Origin: Zootoca vivipara
Lineage: Eukaryota
Reading direction: 5' to 3'
Assembly: GCF_963506605.1 (NCBI RefSeq)
Contig: NC_083282.1
Coordinates: forward strand, 45,198,001-45,262,000
DNA length: 64,000 nt
In this document: in pieces, positions 24,435 through 36,155 of the stretch
Layout: the number at the start of each line of letters is the position of its first letter
Numbering within the stretch: the stretch's first letter is position 1
Translations under genes and position numbers: made by a program
Notes under the pieces: generated by a model
The model's database searches: none
Seen by the model: only the letters and a program-made list of their open reading frames with translations
What the model was told of the DNA's origin: nothing

Positions 24435-24655
24435 CAGGAGGATTAGACAAATTCATGGAGGACAGGGCTATTCATAACCACTAGATATGATGGATACCTC
24501 CACTGTCTGAGAAGCTTCTGCTTACCAGTCAATGGGAATCACAAATAGAGGGAGTGCTGTGGCACTAGGCATCTGGATGGCCACTGTGAGAACAGGATGC
24601 TGGACTAGATGAGTCTTTGGTCTGATCCAGCAGGAGGTCTCTTCATATGTTCTTA
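24435..24655 (+). mobile_element. CR1 LINE 3' end
   Basis: GGATTAGACAAATTCATGGAGGA...GGCCACTGTGAGAACAGGATGCTGGACTAGATG...TGGTCTGATCCAGCAGG...TATGTTCTTA. Confidence 0.7.
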
Positions 24656-24949
24656 ATGACCATGCTGGGAGTTGTACTGCAACAATATCCAGAGAGCCAC
24701 AGGGCAGCAACAACTCTTGCTGTAGCTGTAGCTGAAATCCTGGGCAGCTGATATGTGAGCGTGTCTTTAAGCATCCATTACTGTCACTTTCAAATACAGG
24801 GCACTAGGGCATCCATGTAGGACAATCTTACCTATGTTTACTCAGAAGAAAGTCTTCTGAGACTTGGAGGCTGCATCTGGCCTGCTGAGGGAAGTTCTTA
24901 TGGTCTTAAGCTGCTCTCTTCTACTTTAGGCTGAAGGGAGGTGGCCAGG

Positions 24950-27900
24950 ATGGGCTATTCAGCCCTAGCCACAACAACCTTGCTGCTGCTCCTGGCAATT
25001 GCTGCTACGCTGGCAGACGTGGCTGAGAACAGGACCCGAATATGCCAGCCTGCACCACTCTGGAAGATCAATGGAGTGGCCCCCATGGCTGGGATGGAGG
25101 GCCAAGTGACAGTGGTGGCACTGTTGAAAGCCAGCTGACAGTTCTGTCTCAAGCAGGCCGCCAGGTGAGTTCATAGTTCATAGATTGCCTGAGTCAGGGG
25201 CTGTTAGGTCGCAGCCACACCATACATTTGGTGCACGTGGCTTTCCCCAAAGAGTCATGGGAACCGTAGTTTAAGAGTGCTGGGAACTGTAGTTCTGTGA
25301 GGGGGTAAATCGCAGTTCCCATAATTCTTTGGGGAAAGTCACACGCTTTAAAAAGATGGCCTGGGTGTGACTAGAAAGTCAGATATGTGTTGGAACCCTG
25401 TATCTGGTTTTCAGCGGCAATATCACAACTCTTAAGGTCACATATTTGCCCCCAGGCTTTCTACCAGGAAACACAGAAAGGAACCGGTTGTCTATAAGCT
25501 CCAGTTCAACAATCAAAAATTGAGGCCTGGGCTGCAGCAGGCCAGATATAACATGCATATAGAAGGTGGCTGCAATTTTCCTGGTGAATTACAGCTCAAG
25601 CATAATATGTATCATTTAACTTATTGCTGGATCTATGTAGCAGGGACTGCTGCAATGGCAAGTCCAGTGAACTGATCAATGAAGGGGCCTCTGTCCAGCA
25701 GTGCAGGCTCATATCCCACATGGTATGTGCAGAGGGCAAAGGCTGGAACCTATATCTGTGCACTGCATTTCCTAAACGTTGCTTGTTCTTCCTCCCCATC
25801 AGCCTTGGCAGCTTGCAGAGGAAGCTGTCCCTTGAAGGAGTGACCAATGTCAGCTTCATGATTGTGAATGAGAAGACTCCTTTCTCCAGAGCTATGTACT
25901 GGGAGCTCAAACGGCATGCCCCAGAGGGAGTTCCTGTTTACCAGCAGCAGATTCTGGAGCCTGACGTCTGGCAAATTCTAGATGGGGACAAGGATGACTT
26001 TCTGATCTATGACAGGTCAGTGCTTAAGGGAGCAATTCTAACTCCCCAGCCACCCAGTCTGATGGGGTTTTTGGAGAGTCAGGGCCACTGCTGTGCATAG
26101 CAGCTGGGGCAGAAGGGAGGGAAGGCAGATCACTGAGCCAGCTTGGCTTGGAGCTGGTGTAGCAATTGAGCCTGGAACAAGCCCAGTTCTGGCAGTGGGA
26201 CCATCTCAGGATCCAATGGACTGCAGTCCGGCTCAATCCAGCTCCTTCCTTGACTGCTGAAAGCCCCTGCTGCCACCAGCAGGGATCCCATCAGCAGCGC
26301 TGGGGGGCAGAAGAGGGTGCTCCGTAGGCAGCTGATGATGGGAGACCAATGGGGGTCTGCAGGCCTGGGCAGAAGGAAGGAAAGTAAGATATATGGAATC
26401 CGGGATTCCTGAATGTGTTATCAAAAAGTCTGTTTGAGAACACATCTGGAAAGAAAGGACATACCATGATGTAAGTGTTTCTCTTTACCATCATGCCTCA
26501 CAACTGTTGGTGAGGAAAACCAGATTCTTCAGGCCAGGTTAGATTCATTTCTAGTGCAAATTAGTGGACTACAGGCTCTACTGACACTAAATTTATGTCC
26601 GTTTGTTTCATGGCTCTTGGGCTTTACAGGTGCAGCAGGCTGGCTTTCCACATCCAGCTGCCATACAGCTTTCTGCACTTGCCCTATGTTGAAGCAGCCG
26701 TGCGGTACACACACAGCAAAGACTACTGCGGCAATTGTTCCTGGTACCCCTCTAACAGCAGCCAGGAGGTAGGGACTTGAATCCCCTCATCAACTTCCTT
26801 TTCAACTATTTTGTTTAAGCCAGACGTTTCCTCATTTGCCCATCCTGAACTTTTGCCTGGGAATTCTAGGTTTCTGATCAGATCGGCCTTACAGCAGGAA
26901 TGTGGGAGGAGAAGGTGGAAGGGAGTGTTATATTCTACAGTATTGGGCCACTACAGCAAGCAAGGAGAAAGGATGTTGAGATACCACAAAGCATCTTTCA
27001 TCTTGGCAGGAAGTAAACCATCTTGAAATAAAAATCTCAGAAGCAAATTGCAGAGGGGGACATCAGGTCTGCCACAGTCACAGATAGTGTAGCGTGGAGG
27101 GGTCCAGGTTGGGGGGAATGCTAAACTCCCCCCCCCCCACTTGCAGCTTCTCACATATACACATCTTTATGCCCTCCCCCAAGTGCTTTTCTCCCCAGCT
27201 GAGTTCAGATACTAAAAGTGAGATTAACTTGGAGAAAAACACTTTGGAACAAAAGTTGTGTGGCATCAAGTGCAGGAAAGGTTTGGTTCCCCTCACCCAG
27301 GCACCCCTTTTGCTCTAAAGTCAACCCCACCTTCCTGTTTTATACATGGTGGGGCAAGACCTGGGTCTGCTGCCATCATGTACTGCTTGAAGCTCACCCA
27401 GTAGCCATTGTCTGCCCTCAGTTCTAGATAAAAATGAAATTAATAGCCTTAATTTGTCAGGTTGAAGTGTGTCAGGTTGAAGTGGGAGCATATTGTTCCT
27501 TGGATAGAAGAAATAGTAACTGCTGTCTTGTCCTGTGGTGTCACTTCCTGCTGCATCAGTAACCTGAAAGTTCATTCCTCAAGGTGGGACTGATGTATTG
27601 CCGATTTTAGATTTTTGCTGCCCTGATAGCCAATGCAGCAAAATATTGTAAATACGTTTTAAGCCATTTCGGCCATACCGAGAGTAAAGTCAAACAGATC
27701 TCCTTCCAGCAGTGGGTGCAGATTTTTCAGATCTGGAGAAATAAATCCTTCTTCCCTCCCCACTCTTTTGAGATATATATACCGTATATTCCAGCGTATA
27801 AGGCGACTGGGCGTATAAGACGGCCCCCCACTTTTCAAGTTAAAATATAGAGTTTGGGACATACTCTATATTTTATGTACTTGCAGCCGCGGACAAGCCC

Positions 27901-28866
27901 CAGCTGACTCTCTGGCAAGCCAACAGCTCGTGAGCAACAGCACCGGCAAAGCTGCTCCTCTCCCTCCTCCCTGGCTCGCTGTCAAACCTCGCAGCTCCAC
28001 AGAAGCGATTTCTGGCGCTGCAGACATGTTGGATATGGGCAGCACAGAATCAGAAATCGCTTCTGCGCAGCTGCGGACGCGATTCTGGTGCCACTCGGCG
28101 AGTCCCCGCGCCGGTTTAGCGCAGCGCGCAGGGGACTTGCTGAGCGGGCAGCTCAGTTCACGGACCAGCGGGGCAGTACCTGGCGTATAAGACTTTGGAG
28201 GAGATTTTTGGGGGTTAGAAAGTCATCTTATACGCTGGAATATACGGTATACTTGGCTTAAACTCCTGTGCAGCTTTTTGCCTCTCAAACTTTGGGCTTT
28301 TAAAAAACCATTTCTACGCCTATACATCCAGCATGTTTGCTCATTTAAACTTCTATTTTACACATTCTTTAAAACCACTTTTTAAATGGCAATCACCATT
28401 CTTCACAGCCAATTTCTCCTGAAAACAGAAAGTAGAAGTTGCTCTGAGCTCAGTTTATTTTAGAAGTTTACATATTTTGTCAAAAAGGGCTGAATGCAGA
28501 TCAATTCAGATATATATATATCCACCTTCATTTTCAAAAATATGTTTCTGTCTTCACCCTAAGCCCTTCTGTATGTACATGTACATATACTAGAATCTTT
28601 CATTACCTTCACAGATGAATAAGACAGCAAGTACTAACGTGACGACAACTGAGGGATCTGGGCACAAAGAGAAGCACCTGGAGGAACCAAAGTACCATCA
28701 CGATGAGCCAAGCCAAGAAGCACCTAGCACCAAGCCCACAGCCCATCACTATTCACATCATGGAGGAGTCGGCAACCATAAAGCCTTGGGTTTGAGTAGT
28801 ACACACCAGCCAGTTCTCCACTCTCAGAATCGCTCACAGAAGCATCAAACAAGGGAATCCCCATAA
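24950..28866 (+). CDS. SELENOP2: Selenoprotein Pb (SELENOP2), 272 aa, one in-frame UGA-Sec
   Basis: Exons 24950-25164, 25803-26015, 26630-26768 and 28615-28866, all GT-AG and in frame (819 nt). Signal peptide, GQVTVVALLKAS-U(TGA 25136-25138)-QFC, DVWQILDGDKDDFLIYDRC, LPYSFL..PYVEAA, YCGNCS, His-rich tail, no Sec-rich C-terminal domain, SECIS in the 3'UTR. Confidence 0.93.
27782..28247. mobile_element. Tc1/mariner-pogo non-autonomous element in the last SELENOP2 intron
   Basis: Perfect 21-bp TIR CCGTATATTCCAGCGTATAAG flanked by TA duplications; CpG-rich interior. Confidence 0.9.
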
Positions 28867-29353
28867 AAGATTTAAACTTCAGTGTATGCAACACCCAACA
28901 GTTAGCCATAAGCACACTCAGCACTAAGCAAGCTTTTAAGAAGAACTTACATGCATCAGAAGGAAGAAGTATGATGGTTCAGTTTTCAGCAGGGGAAGGG
29001 AAGTGACTGTTCCACTCCCTAAATTAACACAAACGTTCAAGGTCTCTCAACTGATAGCAGAGGGCACAACACAAACTTTTGTTGTGTCATATATGTGATT
29101 GGAAAGTTTAACTGCTTGTCCACAATGAGACCTCTATCCTCATTTTTAATCTGTCTCCCAATTAACCTCATACCCACCAGTTTTGTTCCACCAAGCCTTA
29201 AGGTGGTGTTCATCTTGGGCTCAGATTTTTGGATACATCACATTTCTGTGATGGACTGCCTAAGGAAGCCATCTTGTTTTCCTCAGGAACACAGAGCTGC
29301 TATGGTACTCAGCTTCTTGGGAAGCCAATTTTGACCCCCTTTTTGCATTTCCT

Positions 29354-29424
29354 GCTTTTGTGCACTCAATGAAGCACGTGATGTAAACTTTCTGTCATCA
29401 CATGCTGACACCGTACATAAAAGC
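29354..29424 (+). promoter_or_regulatory. SECIS element (type I) in the SELENOP2 3'UTR
   Basis: Helix I GCUUUUGUGCAC/GUACAUAAAAGC; AUGAA at 29369-29373; helix II GCACGUGAUG/CAUCACAUGC (9/10 pairs); apical AAA 29385-29387, 11 nt above the core; 3' UGAC 29406-29409. Confidence 0.9.
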
Positions 29425-29860
29425 ATGTCCTTGGAGATGGAAGGATGGGGATCAGAACTGGTATTAGCAGGAGGGTGACGTGACTGAGGCTGACTTTGAG
29501 CCTGGGGCTCAAGATTTTGTACATTAAAGTCCATGCCCACAAATTACTAGTTTGAAAACTGACATTTGTTGTGTTGCTGGATCTTACTCAGCTATGAGTG
29601 ATCGCCAAAGAAGAAGAAGAAGGATGTAAAGAACATTTGGTGTTTGTAGGAATGGAAGTGATGAGACAGAATTAGCCAGGTTTACAGGTATGTTGATAGA
29701 TGTAAGAAAGACAGAGAAGTCTGAGGTGAGAGTTGAGTTTGTCAGTGCTATGAGAGCTGAACAAGGGGGGGAAATGCCATGTATCAGGAAAATTCATGGA
29801 AAGGGATGCACTGCTTGCTGATTAAAAGTAGTAAAACTGTTTTTGGGGAAGAATGTTGGA

Positions 29861-29866
29861 AATAAA
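29861..29866 (+). terminator. Candidate SELENOP2 polyadenylation signal
   Basis: AATAAA downstream of the SECIS; ATTAAA variants at 29523 and 29821. Confidence 0.45.
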
Positions 29867-32454
29867 CTCTCTGAAATGAGCATGTTTGAAGTCTTTGCTT
29901 AATACCTTAATGTACAAATGGGGTCATTTATTTCAGACAGTACCCAGCATTGTAGAACAAGTGTTCACCTTCAACATTTAAGAGATGCCCCATAGTTTAT
30001 CTGCATTTATGGCATACTAAGCAGTCCTTATTTAGGTTCCGGTTCCTGTTATTTGTTGAAAGTCAATGAGTTGGTTCACACTGTACAAGTCCTCCACATC
30101 CCACAGTTTTAGGAAGCTACTGCTACAAATATTTACGGGAGGGTGTAATCTGTCTTCTTTATTGTATTGTTAATGCTGATAGGTATCCACCTATAATCTG
30201 TTTACTCCAAAGTAACCCTAGTTAGTAAAGCCGACTAGACTGCAATAGGTGGCAGTTTTTCATAGGTTTATGCCATTTCTTTGAAAGCCTCAATTCATTT
30301 TTTTTACATTTCTGCTGGCGGCTAAAGGGACCAATCTTAAATTTACAGGACCAGCCATAGGTATAACATCTATAATAGGTAGCTCAAAATTATAACTCTG
30401 CTGATTACACTCACACATGCTGTAGACTGGAGTGAGTAACTTATTTCAGCCCAAGGGCCACATTTGCTTCTGGGTAACCTTCTGAGGGCCGCCTGCCAGT
30501 GGTGCACAGGGACAGAGGTCAAAGTGAATGAAGCAACAATAGTTAATTTTACCTTTCGTACCAGTAGGCTAGTTTCTTCATACTCACACATTCCTCTCTA
30601 TTCACCCAGGCAAGCAAAGAAGCATGATCAGAATTCAACGACGCAGTCCAGCCACTCAAAAAGAGGGTGTGAAGCAGTGACGTGGCCTGGGGAGAGCCTC
30701 AAGGGACAGATAATGAGTTCTGGAGGGCCTGAGGTTCCCTATCCTTGTTCTGTTCTATAGGATACATTTATCATCATATAATTTCATGCCTGCCCAGGGT
30801 GTGTGCCTTTATGTGTTAGCTTGTTAAAGAAACAGTAACAATACACACACATAGAGAGACAATACCTTAAAGGTTTGGGGAAATAAAACAGCTCTTCTTC
30901 TGGCCCCAGATATTAATAAGGCTTGCTGCTGGTGTCAGGCAAGCTTTTCTAGGAAAGACAGGGCAGTATAACTGGAAAGACCCGACCACAGTCCCTGAAA
31001 GTGGGGAGATCTGAAGAAGGGCCTCCTGGTATAATATTAGTAGTTCAGGAGGTTCTTGTGGAATAAGGCAACCTTTGAAATTCTGCAAGATGTGGTGATA
31101 GCTACCAACTTAGAAAGCTATAAAAGGGCATTAGGCTGTCAGTGAGGTGCTTATAGTTAACAACCCACCTTTGGTGTAAACAGCATACTTAACTGCAGAT
31201 TGATTTATCCCCTTGTGTATATCAAAACTTTCCTGATATCTGTACATGCTGGCCACTCTTAACATACATGCATTAGAGCTATAACATAATTTATAGCTTT
31301 TGGTAATATGTCATATAATTAATCGTCTTCACCCAGGGCATAACCAGCACAATGGACTCTAAATAAAATGCTTGCAACTGTGATTCAACTTGCAGGCATA
31401 GTTGCTTAACAACTAGTTTAATGTTCTTAGCAATCTTGTTCTCCACAATACATAACATAGTAACAAACAAAAGCAATATCCCCACCCCACCGTGTAGCCC
31501 GTATGGTAGCAGCTATGACCTGGTGTAATATTTGATTACTTGCCCAACTGACATGCAAAGATTTAGCTGTCCTTCCCACATGCTGTTCCTTTCCCTTTTT
31601 ATGTTCCTTTAGTTCATTTCCTACTTATGTACATACCTAGCTGAAACCATCCCTGCCCCTCCAGAAATCTGCAGAGGCCCAATCTACAACAGCTAGGTCA
31701 TAATTTAATTGTTAAGAGACTATTTTCTTGCTGATAGTTTTGTACCAACCAAAGTAATTATATGGCTGGCTTGTTGTTGATTTTTAACATTCCAATTGTA
31801 TTTATAATCTATTCCTTTTATTTCTATGTACAGTATTACCATTATTACCAAATAAAAAACCTTCAGTAGTACCAGTGCTAAAAAAAGATGGGGCAAAATG
31901 TTTTGCTTAGGACAACAACATTCCTACCTAATGCTGGCCTTGGGCTCTGATCCAGCTTTCCTGATGCCCTCTGCCCCAGCCCACAGCTCCCATTATCCAA
32001 ACTAAACTCCTTTGCGTCATGTCCTGTTTGCTTACATTTGCAGCAGAGTCCACAGGTTCACAGCAAAACTGGAGCAAGACTTTTATTATCATGTTTGATG
32101 CTAATCTCATCTAACATGCAGGGCAAATATTTGCTAAAGATCCTCTTTAAACTGGCCTCTCTGTTTGCAGCAGCCAGAAAATCTCTTATAGTTTGCCTGT
32201 GTATATGCCTACTCAGAATAAAGCCTCATTTGAGTTCTATGGCACTTACTGCCAAGTATGTGGGTATAGCATTGCAGATGTAGTCTCTTTTTGATGGACA
32301 AGGCTGGCAGAGTGAAGCAACCACCACAGGTGGTAGATGCTAAGGGGATAAAATGGAGGCAAGATGTTGGAAGAGAGAACTGCCTATGCCACACACAGCC
32401 TCCCCTGCTGCCCTCAGGCATGGTAGAGGATGCAGTCCCATTGCAAATGGAGAA

Positions 32455-32597
32455 AGGAGATGTCTGAAGGCTGCCCTGCATAGGGAAGTTTTGTAATGTT
32501 TAATTATGTTTTTATATATGTTGGAAGCAGCCCAGAGAGGCTGGGGCAACCCAGTCAGATGGGTGGGGTGCAAATAATAATTTTTTTATTATTATTA
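32455..32597 (+). mobile_element. L2-like LINE 3' end
   Basis: Reverse-complement homolog of 9490-9650 with an AAT/TTA tail. Confidence 0.65.
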
Positions 32598-35500
32598 CAT
32601 GTATTTTGCCTTGGTACTAAATTGCATTAGGGTTTTGTTTGACTACATGATTACAGAATCAAATCAAATAGACGCTCAGTTAAAGGAGCCTTAACATTTA
32701 GGGTAGAGTTGGTAGAACAGCAAAGTCTTTCCCATAGTTTTTTTTATTGTCAAAGCTCTCCAGAGGGAAGCAGTAACAATATTATTGATGTTAACATCTT
32801 CCCCTCCAATATTTTTTCTCCATGGATGAGCTCCAATATTAGAAGTGACTTTGACTGGATGGGAAGCATTTTGGCACGGAACTACGGAAAAATAAGTACT
32901 GAGTGGAAGGAGGGTTCGGATCCCCTTACCCTTCTGATTCTTTGCCTTAACACAAGTCTACAGGGTGGGTAGTGTAGCACACAGACAGAGGAGTGATAAA
33001 ATTTGCTAGGCTACATTCTGTGAGGAACAGCCCTCCTTCCTTCCTCCCTCCCTTCATGTAAGCTCTATTTACAATTCCCCCTGCATTTGCACCCATAAGC
33101 TTGTCTCTTACTTGACTAGCACCAAGGACCATGAGGTTGTGTAAACATCTGTACAGCTGCCTTATCTTCTGCTTAACACTGTCATTTGCTCTAGAGTCCC
33201 TTTAACCCTGTTCATCTGAGGGATCAGCTAGAGAATGAAAAGCAGAATGGTGTGTGTGAGAGAGAGAGATGAGAAGGGAAGGAGAGGCTGTGTCCATGTC
33301 TATTTCTCCATGGAATTCACACTATGGGCTGCCTTCAGGAGATGTAGTACTTCTGTTGGAAGCCTCAAAAGTGGGACAGCATTAGACTTTAATCAGCAAA
33401 GGAGGGGGCAGCTGAGGGGTAAATATGCTTTAATGCCTCTTAAGTACACTTTCTCTGCCCAATCCACTTTCCCCTGTTGGGCAGTGAAGTAAAAAGAAAC
33501 AAAAGGTTATCTAGCGAATTCAGAAGGGTTATGTTAACTGGCTTCATTATTCAATTAATTCATGCATGAATGTATAAGACTGACAGAAACAAGAGGAAAA
33601 TGTCTAATGGTGCTGTAGAAACTCATTTATAGAAAATGGTCTGGCACATTTAAAGTTTACACATGTAGAGTAATTGCTTCCATTGTAATGTTATGTTCAT
33701 ACAATATTCAGGAGTATTTACATAAGTGATACATAATAAAATCCAACATGCTAATAAGTTTCTAAAACTTATTTAAGAGTCATTCCCTATAGATAGGCCA
33801 TGATTGGTTATTCTTTAAGTTTGCAATCTTATACATACTGATTAGAGTGTAAAATCTTACATGCACACTGAAATCACTAGGATTTTCTTCTGGATATGAA
33901 TGCATAGGATTGTGCTTTGAATCTTTCACCATCTGTTGTATAAGCAAGAGTCCTCATATGTAATTCCCAAGTATAAAACTCATTTATCAAATAATTCATT
34001 CAAAGCAGTATGCTTCTGGTTTACAATGATATTCATTTTATGAGGAGCTCAGAAAAGTTTAAGACATTATTTCAAACCATCATTTTAAACAATATCCCCG
34101 AAGTTTGGGGATGCCTGTCTTAGAGCCATCCAAAGAAGCAGGGCAAGGGGGATAAAGTGAAGGGACTGCCTCAGAAGAAGGCACCTTGAATTAACCAGCA
34201 GTCTGCTAGTAATCCTTACTGTATTAATCCACTTGACGTTATCAATTTAAAAGAGGATCCCAGCTATAGGATGTATTTGAGTATCACCATAATTGATGCT
34301 CTGCAATCTTAGATGATCAAGCCTTTTAGTTTAGTGCCTTGTGGGGACATTTCCTAATGTTAGGAGGCAGTGCCACATTGTGGGTTCTGTCAGTTAGTGC
34401 AGCAAGTACTGTTTCCCGCTTTCTTAGGAAACCCCCTAAATTGCAGGATGTTCAACCTGAATGGATTCTCAAGATCAAGCACTTTTGGCAGCTCTTTTGT
34501 ATTCTAATGCTTGGACAGGTACTGGAAGTTTAAGATGCTATTTGATCAATTTATATATCGTATTTACTCCTTTCATATTTCTGGGAAGTGGGTTGATCCT
34601 CCAATTTACTGAGCGCAGGTGTGAAACATGTCATCTTGATCCACCTGAGTCTGGCTTCGTGTTTCAGGACCTAGTCAGCAGTAGTGGTCCTGATGGATGA
34701 CCTTGATCACATGAGACGCAGGAGGGTGTGACCCTGCAGCTCACTCTTTTTTTGACAACAATCATGGTACCCACCTGGACCAGCCGTCTTGGGTGGAGAT
34801 TTGTGGAACTGTACTTCACTGGTTCCGTTCCTTTCTGCAGGACCTTTCAGAGAATGACTCTGGAGGACTAGAAATCCCTGGCATTTCTACTAGTGGGTCT
34901 CTCATGGTACCTTCACATCCCCAATGCTTCTAAACATCTACCAGGTTACCTGAATGGCCACCTTATCCCTTATAAACCAGCCAGATCATTGCACTCATCT
35001 GAAGAAGCCCTCCTGACACAGATGTAGTTTCTACAAGAACCAAAGTTTAGCGTAGCAGCACAGGTGCTCTGGAACAGCGTTTCAGACATACCACTTTTGA
35101 TAATTTGTCACCGATAAAAGTTGCTTTCTCCAGTCATTTTTAGATTATTAGTTTGATTCCTTGTTGGTAATTTGATTTGTATTTTATGTTGTTTTATTGT
35201 ACTGTATATACTGCCATGATTTTTTTCTATGGCTTGGCAGTTCATACTCTTAGAATCAGAAAATAAATAATGTGGAGAAATTACAGATCTGCGTAAGTAC
35301 ACAAAATGTTGTGAGAGGGAGAGGACCATATCAGAGCCAGTACTGATAGGAGGGCAATTAGGACTATGCAAGGAGTAAGATCAATGGATGATTTTGGGCT
35401 TGCGGTTCAGGTTTTGGATAGTGAAGGTCTGTAAGTCATGAGTTATTAGACTGAAGGCTGAAGCATCTGTTTGGCAACATGGTTAACTAAGTCTATGCAG

Positions 35501-35859
35501 CAGGTGTTGCATAAAGCTTAGGGTTTTTACATGTTGATATGTATTTGATTATCTTTTCACACCCAGCTCAGAAATACCATCTCCCCTCAAAGGAGGACAA
35601 AGACTTAAGCTTTCTAACAGAAATTATGCCCTTTCAGAAGAGCTATTGCATGTTCCTGCTATACTGAGATCACCCAATTAATTAGATACATAAAAATCTG
35701 ATTTTCCCCGAGTTTAATGACAGTACAAAACATCAGAAAAACCGACTGTTCTACATGCATCCCTAGGCCAATCATATACATGGTACTGGTCCTTTTTATC
35801 CACATTAGCACAAGGAGCAATTTCCCTTTCCTGGTTCTGATCAAAAGAACATACAGTAT

Positions 35860-35910
35860 GTTGTTGTTGTTGTTTAGTCGTTTAGTCGTGTCCGGCTCTT
35901 CATGAATAGT
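35860..35910 (-). mobile_element. BovB/RTE LINE extreme 3' stub
   Basis: (GTT)n TTAGTCGTTTAGTCGTGTCC; 12-bp TSD AACATACAGTAT (35848-35859, 35911-35922). Confidence 0.8.
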
Positions 35911-36155
35911 AACATACAGTATACTATTAACAATAGCTATTAAGTACTGACCAATGTTTCAATACATAATCCATTTACTCCAAAGCTGTCCTAGCAACGT
36001 AAATTGGATTGATAAATGGCATCTGAACTATAAACCAGTTAGCTCACAATAATTTTACTATTAAAAATAAAGGGAATGACAAGTACAGGTCTGCTTTTAC
36101 TTATATAGGTTACAGAATAGATGCCTTGTACAAAAAAAACAATCAAACAGCGCAT

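Noticed and set aside
24941-25138. Stand-alone 65-aa ORF or nonsense-truncated pseudogene
   Set aside because: The TGA sits at the Sec position of UxxC, downstream exons are intact and a SECIS is present.
24950-28866. SELENOP1 (multi-Sec selenium transporter)
   Set aside because: The last exon ends at TAA after the His-rich part with no Sec-rich tail, and only one SECIS was found.
29900-35800. An additional gene (e.g. MMACHC) between SELENOP2 and PRDX1
   Set aside because: No recognisable exons; the region looks like intergenic DNA with decayed L2-like and hAT fragments.
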